A stretch of DNA of 64,000 nt from Utricularia gibba (lineage: Eukaryota > Plantae > Magnoliophyta). The notes under the pieces were generated by a model. The model worked only from the letters and a program-made list of their open reading frames with translations. It was not told the DNA's origin and made no database searches. Within the stretch, counting starts at the first letter, position 1; each line of letters starts with the position of its first letter. This document shows positions 52,621-64,000 of this stretch, in pieces. Both the position numbers and the translations under genes were made by a program. The stretch lies in NCBI GenBank assembly GCA_002189035.1, contig NEEC01000009.1, positions 186,001 to 250,000 of the forward strand, given 5' to 3'.

Positions 52621-55125
52621 TCATATTGGAACTGTCTCAGTTTTGCTGCTTCCAGAGCCTGTTTTCCTCTCAGCTTGCAGAGAGCGGCATAATGATTCGA
52701 GTCGATCTTTTTGATTTCTTGTCTTTTCCAACTGTTTCTTCAAGCGCTCGCGCTGTGCAGAGCAGGAAAAAATGTGAAGACCACGTGTTGTGTAAGGGCA
52801 TGAATTGTAACCAAGTTTGGGACAGACGAGACCTCATCTGCTAACTCTATGAGGGTGATGTCCGTTTTCTCACATTTGCTTTTCAGGAAGGTGTTTTCTT
52901 TCTTTAGTTCCTTGATAGAACTTGCCATCTGAATTCAGATAAGCTGAGAGAATTGACGGAAACGAATAAAGCATTGAAATTTGACGCTAAAAAAAAATAC
53001 CTTCTCGATTTCTTGTTTGAAAGTGTCAAAAACCTCATTGCTCTTGAGCAACGCTTCCTAAGAAGGAACAGAACAGACAGGAATCCATCATGGAAAGCTC
53101 CTTTGATAACTTGAGAACCCGTTTGCCAAATCTAACCTGGAATAATTGGAACTTTTCGCTATCAGCTGTTACTTGCATCCTGAGGTTCTTTTCAGTGGCT
53201 AAAAGCTGTGACACTTGATCAGCGTACAGTTTCATTTGAGACTGTTCCTGCTTCATCTTCTCTTCATGTTGCTGAAGATTCAATTCGGCAAGCTGAAGTT
53301 CAAGCGTTTTCTGTTTTAACTGCAAAAACCGAGAAAAATCATTAGATGTAAGCTAAACACAAGCACCCGGGCAGATTTTCATCACGAGATAAACAGACCT
53401 GCTGTGCATGTTCCTGCTCTGACAGCTTGTATTGCTCAACAAGTTGTTTTAACTTGATTTTTAACCTGAATACGGGAAACACCACATAGTTGACAACGAA
53501 GCAAAAATATGGTCGACCATCTAGGAACTTCTCTTACATTTCATTCTCTTTCAGCTGGGAGATGCATTCATCTTTCTGCTCCTCCAGCTTACTGCTCACT
53601 TCCTGTACAACAACAGAGAAGTGATACAGCAAGATATTGAAACTAAAAACTGTAATTTAGAGTGTGCACGCTTAAATTAACACCCAACAGCTAATAGTGA
53701 AGTTCTAAGGTGTTAAATAAACTAATGTGGAAGACATGAACCTTTATTGCATTGTGAAACTTGGTAGATAGATCTAATCTCAAATTTTGGCCCTCCGAGG
53801 ACACCTTTTTGCACTCATCCTGGCATAAAACATTAACAGAAACATTATAAGTTGCAGTTGTGTTCCAAATTCATGCCAGTATTTGCATCTACGAGATTCA
53901 AATAGCAAGACAATTAATGTCAAATCATTCATGAAAACTTACTGTTAACAACTTATTCTGTCGTTGCAGCTCCCGGCACAATGATTCAAGCCTATCTCGA
54001 ACCGCAAGAGCTGGTTAAAGTAAAATCCACAGATTAGAGGAAGACAAGCATCCGCTATATTGTCAGGATTAAAACAAGGTCCTACTTTGTATCATATAGC
54101 TGCACTACCCTAACACAATTGCCAATATCATACTAACTTAAATCTGAAGAATGACCAACCAGAATCTCTTTCAGCAACAACTTGTTGATACCTCAAAGTG
54201 AACTCCAAAAACTCCTCTGACTTAAGAGCAGGTTTCCCATTTTTACGCCTTACTTCAGAGGCTTCCTGAAATATATATTTCATATGAACCATTAGCAAGT
54301 AGATGAGCATCAGTTTCAAAGAATTCACAAAGAAAAAAGATCCAAATCCAAAATCTAGAAGCTCTCTTTTTTCCAACAATAAAAAATTATTTAATACCTT
54401 TTTGTTGTTTCCAACACTTGATCCTGCAGAAACTTCACCCATTCCCACCCTTCCCTTGTCTGAAAAATAAAGAAGACTCAAATATCAGTTCAAGGTAGAA
54501 AATGTCAGGCTGAAAGCGCCTAATGATCCACATTTCGAAAGTTCAACAATCTGAGGAAACAAAATGCGCGTCCCCAATAAAAGAAAGAAATTATGAAAAC
54601 CCCAACAGCAATTTTCCTACATTCCAATTAAGCTTCCTCACAAAGCATACTTTTTCTATCCACTCGAGGAGAGGAAAAGTATTCTCAGTCCTCAACCCAT
54701 CCAAGTAACTGATTTTATGAATCCGAATCAAGAGTTAAAGCAACTACCCAGGAGCAAACTCAGAGGCTAAAAAGAAAGAGCATCAATGGAGGAATAAGAT
54801 AAAAAAACAGAATCCATACAAAAACAATTTTGAATAACGGATTACTTTTATCCTCATCGTTCACTGCATCGGGAGCATCGCTTACATCTTCCAGAGAAGG
54901 TGATTCACTTGGTCGACTCTCGTTCTCGATCAATGGCAAACAGCAGCCTCCAGTCAAAAGCTCCGGCAACCGGTCCGGATCCACCAATATCTCCTCTCTG
55001 TAATCCGGCACCACATCCTCCGACGTCTCCGTGGCGGAGGATTCCACAAATCCGTCAGGTAGCGCGTCTGCTTCCGGAAGCCGATTAACTTCCGGATTCG
55101 AGTTCAATTTCCGATTTTCCTGCAT
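52621..55125 (-). CDS. Taxilin-family coiled-coil protein
   Basis: NPEVNRLPEADALPDGFV, EFTLRYQQVVAERD, LKQLVEQY, KELKKENTFLKSKCEK, KDRLESLCRSLQAERK...PI*. Confidence 0.87.
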
Positions 55126-55638
55126 TTCTGATGTGCAGAAAACGAACGCTCTCGCGGCGCGGGGGCGGCGAAACCAGTTATTTCCTCCAAGTCCTCCCCA
55201 GACACGTTCGACGTTTAGCGACCTAACCGACAAAAACCCTATTCTCCAGCCTTCTCTACGCCATCTTCTGGATCAGCAGCTTCTTTATCAGGAACATCGC
55301 CCCAAACACCAAGTTAGCATTGCTGCGGTGAGGCGCGTGGCTGGTGTTTTACAAAATTAGCAAATTTAAGTAATTTAATTTAGTATTTTTAAAAAAAAAA
55401 TTAAAAAAAATCGATTTAATTTATTATAAAGAAATCAATAATGGATTAGCCCAATTTTAAGAGACCTTATTCCCACATTATCTTTTCTTGTTTAATAATC
55501 ATTCCAGAAGTATTACGTTGAACGGTTGAAGTAATAAAATTACGCTAACATAATAATTAGGCTAATATTAAAAAAAAAACAACAACAAAAACCCTTCTGA
55601 AAACCCTCCGTCACGCAGTTGGGAACCATCCTTCAAGT

Positions 55639-58600
55639 TCAACCCCACTTATCGACGAAGGTTTCAATCAAACTCCGGCCATTCACGATTTTTGTAGTTC
55701 CCACCATCAACTCATAAGCCATCCCTTCCTGCACCAGACACGGTCAATCAAAATGGGGCTTCCTTTTTACAGCATTTTTGTATGGATCATCCGGATAGAT
55801 GGAGGAAGAAGAAAAGGATGCCATGCCTGGGAACTCAGGAAGCGGAGCGCGGATATCTCCGCAAATGTGACCCCGCCGATGAAAACCACAAACACCAGAG
55901 GTCGTCTACCACCATCAAGTCTGGGGGAGGAGTGAAGGATGGATGGATGGATCAACATTTTTGCATTCAGTGTGATGAAAGAGGAAGTAGAGTTGAGATT
56001 TAGTACTTGTCTGAACTGCTGACATTTCCAGCAGGCTGCTTGTCATAAGGCAATCCTCTCTGGAAGAGATGTATATTCAAGCTTAGCCACTGTGCCTCGA
56101 CTTTAACTGGTAAAGAGAAAGGGAGGGTGTGAGATGATAAAATGACTGACCCTCTTAGTTTCAGTGTGTGGCCCAGGTAATAGCTTCAGAATTTCTTCGA
56201 TTGGGCGCCTGCAGGGTACATAGACAAGAAGCCATGAAAGAAAGTGGCATGGAAAAGTGACCAGAGACATTGGAAATTTAAAAATTATGTTCACCATCCA
56301 GATCTGATTGCCTGCTGAATGAGACGAACACTCAGGGGAGCGTAGCCCGAGAAGACATAGGAAATGTCGCTTGGACTGGTGATTTAAGAGCGGAAAATAT
56401 TATACACAAGCCCGAGTAAAAGAGAAAGAAACGTTACGTTGGAAAAGAAAAGCATATAGAACGAAAGAATACTTGGCTGTATCTTTATTCTCAACCACCA
56501 GTTGGAAGGCACGTTTAATGGTCAGCCAGTTATTCTTGGTATCCTGCAAGAGTCAGAGATCACCTTTGTTCAGTCAGAAACCTAAGACGCAGCTGAACAC
56601 ACATGGTGACGACCATTGGTGATTCATAAAACTTCACCTGTTTCTTGAGCAACCCAGCCTTTTCCAAGTTATTAAGCGTGGCAATATGCTCAAAACCGTA
56701 GCTGTGCAGAAATTCTCTCCTGGACAAGCACATGAAAGTTTATTGAACTTCAGAGAGTTGATTGAATAATTCATAAAGGCAATGTAATTATAATATTCTA
56801 GCTCCTCTTGCCTCAAATAGTCATAATTCTTTTTTGGTAACCCTGAGTTAGTAATTGAAAATAGAACCAGAAGGCGCAGGACATCCACAAGAGGCTCCTG
56901 TTTATGAATCATTTCTTCAACATAGTCAAAACATCTGCATTTAAAGACCATATTCAAGTTAGAAAAAGTAAAGAACCCCCCCCCCCCCCCAAAAAAAAAG
57001 AAAAAAAAAAACTAGTGTTAGGTAACTTCACAAAATCCAACAAGCAGAAGTTAGAAAGCTAGCCCCGCCAGTCATGCTTGAAGAAGACTGTGGCGTACAT
57101 TTCATAGCTCTCAGCTTCCACAAGGGTTTGCTCCATATCAAGTCTCCCATGAAATGACGGTTTTGACGTGAGTGTGGAAAGATGTTGAGCAAGATTTATG
57201 TGCCTCTGAATAGATGAATATAGGTCAGAATATGCAAGTAGACAAATGACATAGGCAAGTAACAGTCCTCACAGTCATTTCTGGTAATGAATGAAGCTTC
57301 CTCACAAAGTCCTTCAGTTCAGAGACTTGAGTCTGCAAACCAGGTGGCATAGCAAGCATTCATAACCCCACAGCAGATAAAATGAACCTAGATAATGTTA
57401 TGGCTCAGACAAACACGAGATTTTTATTTCATCATGTTTCGAATATCATATGCTTTCTTTCATTGGAACTTCAATATAGATCTAAGATGACTAAAAAATG
57501 TTACTTAGAGTATGCATGCCCAGATAAAAATTCAGAAAATAGGCAAGTGACCTAACATAAATAGTATGCAGTAAGAAAGACTCCATAGCCATGTGGCTCT
57601 GTTTCATGAATATGAGGGATACAGGAGAGCATAAGGTCTTACTGTATTCGTAATATCTGTGTAGTCTTGTTTCATGGATGTTGCTTTTTGACGAAGAACC
57701 TGAAATATACTGCAACTGAAAATCAAAAAATGATTCAAAGTATCAAAACTGCAGAAAAATAAGTGGAAAGTTCAAAATTGTGTATGAGTTCAACCTGGAT
57801 AACAACTTCAAAATTCAGATCGCGTATCTCTTTGTATAACTTGTCACTACAGTAAAGATAGAAATTACTGATTAGTATGATATGATTAACAAAGTTAGAG
57901 TTGGTGGCAACCCTTCAGAACAGGACACCAGACACATGTCACATAAACGGCAAGAGTGAGTTAAATTTTCACTGAATATGAATAATTCGTAAAGTCAAGA
58001 GAACAAACTAAAATGACAAATACTGCACATGCCAATGTAAAATCCCCTAATATGTATTAATGGTAAGAATATAAATACAAAAAAGAGCAAAAAATAAGTG
58101 AAATATTCACCTCGAATTAAGGGGCACCTTTGTCTTCTTCCCGCCTTGTTGAACTCCCATAACAGAAGCATCTACTTCTAAAGCACCATCATTGATCCCG
58201 ATAAACTGCAATGAGCAATTAGAAATGGTTATTACCAAAAAAACGAAAACAAATGACAAAAGGAACTATACTGTGGCATATGTTGGCTTTTCAATTTATT
58301 TTTAAGAATAATGATTCTTGTTCCACGGCAGCATCTTTGGATTACTGAAATGGAAAAAAGAGAAAAAGGGAGAAACAGATCCAATTGTTTCATCAGAAAA
58401 GATTTGCTTCACCTCATCCAGCAATCCTTCATAAGTCATTTGAGAGCACATTGGAGTGACCATGTCCACCTGTCAGAAGTAAGAAGAAAATCCATTTGAG
58501 TTGTCTGCTCAAGAAACTTCAAGGATGTAGTGATAAACAGTTCAAATGTGTCTCTTTCCTCCTTTTTTTTATTCATTGTAAGGACTTCAAAAACACGGCT

Positions 58601-59971
58601 ACCTCTCTGTCTAGAAGTATAAGTGTATTTATTTCTGGAATGTTGGCCTGCATTAAAAAAAAAAAATCAGAAAGGCTAGGTTTCATCGCCAGAGTCACCC
58701 AAAGGCAAGCTATTTAATTTGAAAAATGGTACCTCTGATGTAATGGCAGGCTCCTCAGCTTGCAAGCGACCGAGAATTTCAGCCACCCGAGTAGCTGCTT
58801 TGCCTTTGGTTCTAATATTTGGTATCACTCCAAAAGAGAACTGAATAAAAAAGTTTTATGCATCAGAAAAACAAGTTAAATAAAAGAACACAGGGAAAAG
58901 TTGCTAATGAAAATTGAATACTGCAGATCAGCATTTTGAAGATCATCGAGGTGCCATCAATATAAGTACAGTAATCATACCTCCAGACTGTGAATGGCTT
59001 TAGCAATATGCCATAGGCAGGTTGTATCTCCATCAACTAAATATTCCTGTCAACAATATAATCATAATATTATAGACACACAACTCACTCTCTTTGTTAT
59101 ATTAATAAAAAAACACTCATACCTTCACGGCAAGGTCAAGTTCAAATGATAATACATCCTCATCAAGCGGAATCATGTATAAGGGGAACTCCCGATGCTC
59201 AGCAAGCTATGCACTTTTTCTTCTATAAGAATCTAAAGAAACTCAATCATTAATGGAATGTTCAAGATATAATTTCATCCTTTTGTTGGAAGCTACCTTA
59301 CCTTCTCGCAGACTACTAGACGACGAGGAACAAAATAAAGATGATACTCTCTTTGGAGTCCCTTTGATATATCACTTTGGATATGTGATGCGATAAATTT
59401 CATGTAGTTGAGCTGAGCCCGAACAAGGTAAACCACTTTGGTGCGTTCAGTTTGAATAGGCTCAGCCGCCAGATATCGCAGCTCAGAGCCATGCTCCTAG
59501 AATATTGGAAATCGTAAATTTATCTAGTTCCCCAACATCAAAAACCATTGTAACTGGCTGCAGTGATCAATCGCTGTCAATCAAATCCATGAAGAATGCA
59601 AGAATATACCTTCAGGTCCGAGCTGTGGATTAGAAACGAGAGCGACCCACCAAGTTTCGGATCCATCACTAGACATTTGTCCCCTCGGATCTTCAATGCC
59701 CAATGTGAAGCAGAAAGGAATAAAAGCAAAAAGTAAAACAGTGGCACATGAAAACAATATGACCAAGGACCACGGATCGAACAGCACTCACGTTCCTTAG
59801 GATGATTTCCAGCTCCGCTCGTGCCCGTGCGCTGTGGGAGGCAACATTCGCGCTGAATAAAAACAAATGCCGAGGAGGAAAAAAAAGGCTAACTTTACAT
59901 CAGAGTCAATGAATTCACCGTATAGCGGTCAGATTGATCGGGGCATTCTCCAAATTTGGAATTTGAGACAT
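55639..59971 (-). CDS. VPS33: VPS33, Sec1/Munc18 subunit of HOPS/CORVET
   Basis: [100 protein letters not shown]...DKWG*. Confidence 0.95.
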
Positions 59972-60755
59972 GGCGTGCCCTCTGCCTTTCACTGAAGTGT
60001 GAAAATGAAGTCTATTCCTGTATATTGCAGATACCGCTGCTCATCCCCGCAAATCATGTACGGCAGAGTTCACTGTGATTTAGGTCGCGATACGAATATC
60101 GCGAAACTTGGATTGCCAGAAACAGTCGGCTTGAACGGATGCCCAGCAATAGGCAGGCCTAGTTTGTTAATTGCGTTTAAATTAAAAGTGTTTAGATTAT
60201 TTTAGTTTACTGTATCCCATAAATAATGATTTAGAATGAAATATGTATTTGGTAGATAGGGTTCAATAATATGGAATTATCAATTTTATATGTTTGTTAG
60301 AAGGGTTTGTGCATACGTTCTCAATACTCGAAAATATGAATTCTCTAATATAACTTTTATGTATAATATAATATCTTATTATCCTATTTTGACCCCACAT
60401 ATAGAAACATGAGATTCAGATTGGGAAATTCGAAACCCTCTAGTTGCGATATGCATGGATCTTCGGCTCATACAACTCTGAGAGCAAGTTTGATTTACCA
60501 AAAAATTGGGTATTGGGTGATGCATTAGGTATTTTTTTCTCGAATTTGAGGCGTTTATTTCATTTGCCGGTTGAATGATCTTAACCACGTGGATTGAGCG
60601 ACTGGGTGTTAGTGTGCGTGATGTTTTTTGAGTAATATGGCTGTGAATTGTGCCTCTGAAACCCATATAATGTTGTTATACTTCTTGTGCCATATTGAGC
60701 TACACGTGCATTGTGCTTTTGTCATGGGTTGCGCACTAATGTGTTGGTTGCAGAA

Positions 60756-61834
60756 ATGGTTGGAGCAAGCGTGCGTACAACAAAACGTGGGAGAAGTGGT
60801 GATAACATTAAGACCAAAAGACAGTGGAAATCTGATGAAGAGCGCTTTCTGATCCACACTCTAAAGGATATCATTCAAGGTGGATGGAAAGCAGAGAATG
60901 GATTCAAAGGTAATTACCTTCAAGCACTAGACGAGGCGTTCCTCAAATTGTGTCCCGGCTCAGATATCAGAGGCACTCCCCACATGCAATCAAAGATTCA
61001 TAACTGGAAAAAAGATTACAATGCCATATCTAACTTTCTCAATAAGTCAGGTACCAGGTATGATAACTCAACAAACATGGTAGATGCTAGTGAGGATTTG
61101 TGGATGGAGTTCAAACATGTATTGTTGTTCTAATATATATGTAGTAGGTAGTTCCTATGAGATTATTAATGTACACTTATGGATTACATGTGCAGCACAA
61201 TGAGAAGGTGTACAATTTGTTGCAGTTTAAGCGTTGGCCTTACTATCCATATTGGTGCATCATCTTTGGCAAAGATAGAGCCAAAGGAGAATTTGCAGAA
61301 TGTGTCCCTGATGCTGCTGATGCAACACAGCAGGCTGATGACTCTATGGCCGGTTTGGAACAACCATTGCATCTTCTTGAGTATCCTGAAGTGGAGGTTG
61401 ACTCGGAAAAAAACGGTGACCAAAGATCACATGATGCATCCTCTACATATGAAGAGTATACCTCATCAGGAGGGACTCCTAGAGGCCGCACAGGTAATCA
61501 CACTACACCAACCAGTGGTGATGAACCTAGGAAGAAGAAGAGGAGGCAATGTCTAGAACTTGATAGCTTGGTGGAGTTGAAAGAAATGAGTAAGCGAACA
61601 AATGATGCCATCGCACAACTGGAAGAAATACTTACTGCTGAAAAAAATGACCTACGGGAATGTCGAAATGCTGCTGCAGACATCATCCGAGGGATGCCAT
61701 TGCAATTAACTACAATGCAGCGTCTAGGAGTGACTGAAGTCATCTTGAGTAACCCCATAAAGCTACAGCTTTTTCTGGACAGCAATAGTACAGAACGTGA
61801 GGTTATGGTGGATGAGATTGTGAGAGGTCTATGA
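60756..61834 (+). CDS. Harbinger Myb/SANT-like protein, apparently intact (2 exons, 333 aa)
   Basis: KRQWKSDEERFLIHTL..GGWKAENGFKGNY...KIHNWKKDY; GT-AG intron 61119-61195; WPYYPYWCIIFGKDRAKGE; no stop or frameshift. Confidence 0.85.
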
Positions 61835-62078
61835 TATTCGTTACACCTCTGTTTTTCCTTTGTTGTTTTGATTATATCCACTTATGATGTCCATGTATCA
61901 TGACGATCATTTTGCTTTGCGTGACAATATTACGCTTTACATGTTTGCCATGGGTAGCTGATATCTGATTTCAGTTTGTGTAACCAAATATATTTATCAA
62001 GCCCCTGTAACCTATAGAAAGCAGAACAGCAGAACTCGTCCATTTCTAGGCACCGCAAATAAAGGTTGTAGTGTCTAT

Positions 62079-62305
62079 CATGCATCCTATCTTTTCAGGC
62101 ACCACAAATATGCTCTTGCGGTGCTTGGCATCGATGCGCTAGTAAACTGCATGTGTGTGGCACTCAGCCCGACCTCTCGCGTGTTAGGTGTGAAGTATTG
62201 ACTGCACTGGATTGCCCTTCGAAGACATGCATCCTATCTTTTCAGGCACCGCAAATATGCTCTTGTGGTGCCTGGCATCGATGCGCCAACTGAGTGCATG
62301 TGTGT
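62079..62305. repeat. About 80-bp direct repeat, two copies 147 bp apart
   Basis: catgcatcctatcttttcaggcacc.caaatatgctcttg.ggtgc.tggcatcgatgcgc starts at 62079 and 62226. Confidence 0.9.
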
Positions 62306-62757
62306 CGCGTTCGATCTTTAGGTGTGATTCAAGTCGAGTGGATATTTATTTGGATCGTGTATATCTAACAAGGGCATACGGGCGTAGTTTATGCATAAAC
62401 CACGCCCGTATTCCCTTGTTTGGTATACCCGATCCAATTGCTCCTAAGGGTCGAACGTTAATTAAGATTTAAAATAAATAAATATCCACTCGATCCAAAG
62501 TATACCTAAGGATCAAATGATAATATCAATATTAAAATAAAAAAAGGTTCGATCCGAATCATACCTAAGGATCGAATGGTAATAAAAATATTAAATTAAG
62601 GTATTATTTTAAATGAATATGCATATAAGAATATTTGAGAATTTATGTTTAGTTTTTTGTAATTTATGAAGTGTATATTGAAAAACCCATGATTAAAGTA
62701 GAGTGAGTAACATCATAATGTTCCGAAATTCAAACCACTGTTACATGCCATGAATGT

Positions 62758-63967
62758 TCAAGCAAAAACTTTGTAATAATCCCACATGGGGTGATTAGCA
62801 TCTAATGGAGGCTGTCCAATTCGTGCATGCTTCACGAAACTCGGTATATCATTTGCTTCTAGTAGACCTTGAAGGAAGATGCGTATTTCTCCACACTCAG
62901 CTAACGCAGCATCTCTTACATCTATGTACTGGTATGGCGTTGGGAAGACAGCGTTGTCATGTTGTGGCACAATAAGCAGGATGGTCTAAATGTCAGTAGG
63001 AAACATGCATACCAGACTATATGATCGCAGATAGACTTAACTGGGTTTCTGATGGACTTGAACAGGGAGTTGTCAATAAGTAAGGTGTTGGTTGCATCAT
63101 ACCGACCCAAGAAGCCTTCATCTTCCCCTGGCAACTCCTTCAACACAGCAGCTTTTGACCTATTATCATGCACACGTACATGCGTTTTAGTTGTCTTCGA
63201 TGCATCCCATATGAAAGCCAGCGAGGTGTCTGCATCTGGCCCAAACACCCACTTGGTGATCTCATGTAGTTGTGCACTATAGAACATAGACAGATGTTAG
63301 AGCATTAGATAGCAGCACATGCTCTGCAGATTTCATGGAGTGGGACATATACCGACATCAAAGTTTGCAAGACACCATTCGATGAACTCACGAGCAAAGG
63401 GCCTGAGGAAGACTGCCAAACCAAGAAAAAATGGATTGGTTGAACATGACACAACCATGAGACAATGTTGCGGTGTCTTACTATTTCTCCCATATATCAC
63501 AGCATCTGGTTTCCGATGCAACCTTTGGTACTTGGCTTTGAAGACAATGTCTACTAGCACTCCGTTGACGTCCAACACAAGGAGCTTGCACACTTGTTGC
63601 CTGGGTGATGAACTGGGGCCAGTGTATGCCCACCTACTTTCATACCAATTTAGCCTTGCACGTAGTTGGACATTCTCTTCTAGGATTCTGTCCACATCCA
63701 CAGTAGCAGTTGGTTGCGGGTTGTCTTCCTCCACATTGCTCCCTACATCCTGTTGTCGATCAGATGCAAATGCTAGTGACATCTCTTCCTCAATGATCAC
63801 GTCGTCAGGCTTTGATCGCTCGCGTATCACTCTTCCTTGGCCACACCAGAAGTGGCGAGTACCGGCAACGTCCACCACAAGGGGTACTATGTCACTCAAT
63901 GCCTTACTCTTTTCACTAAACATAGTCAACAAGGCATCCACCCTCTGCTTCGATAGTTTATCAAATC
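62758..63967 (-). pseudogene. FCP1/NIF-type HAD phosphatase gene of element D (5' exon beyond the window)
   Basis: KLLVLDVNGVLVDIV, FLRPFAREFIEWCLANFDVGI, FIWDAS, NTLLIDNSLFKSIRNP, AVFPTPY...GEIRIFLQGL...GQPPLDANHPMWDYY*. A 1-nt deletion near 63347 and an apparent GT>AT donor change near 63330. Confidence 0.87.
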
Positions 63968-64000
63968 CTACAACATGGATAATCGAATATCATAAATCAC

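Larger units (their letters stand above)
60183..64000 (-). mobile_element. Harbinger element D (reverse orientation relative to C), cut by the window edge
   Basis: Convergent Myb and HAD genes homologous to those of C. 60183-60310 weakly resembles C's right terminal region; the boundary is uncertain and no clean TIR or TSD was found. Confidence 0.7.

Noticed and set aside
8550-59971. U12-type introns in host genes
   Set aside because: The junctions I inspected were ordinary GT-AG without the RTATCCTT donor; not every intron was checked.
62371-62415. Helitron 3' hairpin interpretation of the palindromes
   Set aside because: No CTRR terminus at the expected distance in either copy, and the stems are longer than typical.

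Overview
Plant (eudicot-like) nuclear DNA. The gene-rich left arm (1-33 kb) holds a miR172-targeted euAP2/TOE-type factor, VPS53, a USP-domain cytoplasmic kinase, a small conserved ORF, a pPLAIII patatin, chorismate synthase and a MIR160 hairpin. A nested transposon island (33.6-49.5 kb) follows: a decayed Ty3/gypsy (CRM-like) element whose integrase is interrupted by three PIF/Harbinger elements. Next come a TMEM115/rhomboid-like gene, a taxilin and VPS33, then a fourth Harbinger running off the right edge. The standout is a Harbinger family with a third gene between the usual DDE nuclease and Myb/SANT genes. It fuses a Transposase_28-like N-terminus to an intron-containing FCP1/NIF-type HAD phosphatase domain. 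The HAD part and the linker before it occur in two diverged copies (39.5-41.3 kb and 62.8-64 kb); the Transposase_28-like exon is visible only in the first. All assignments come from manual reading and recalled motifs; no database search was run.
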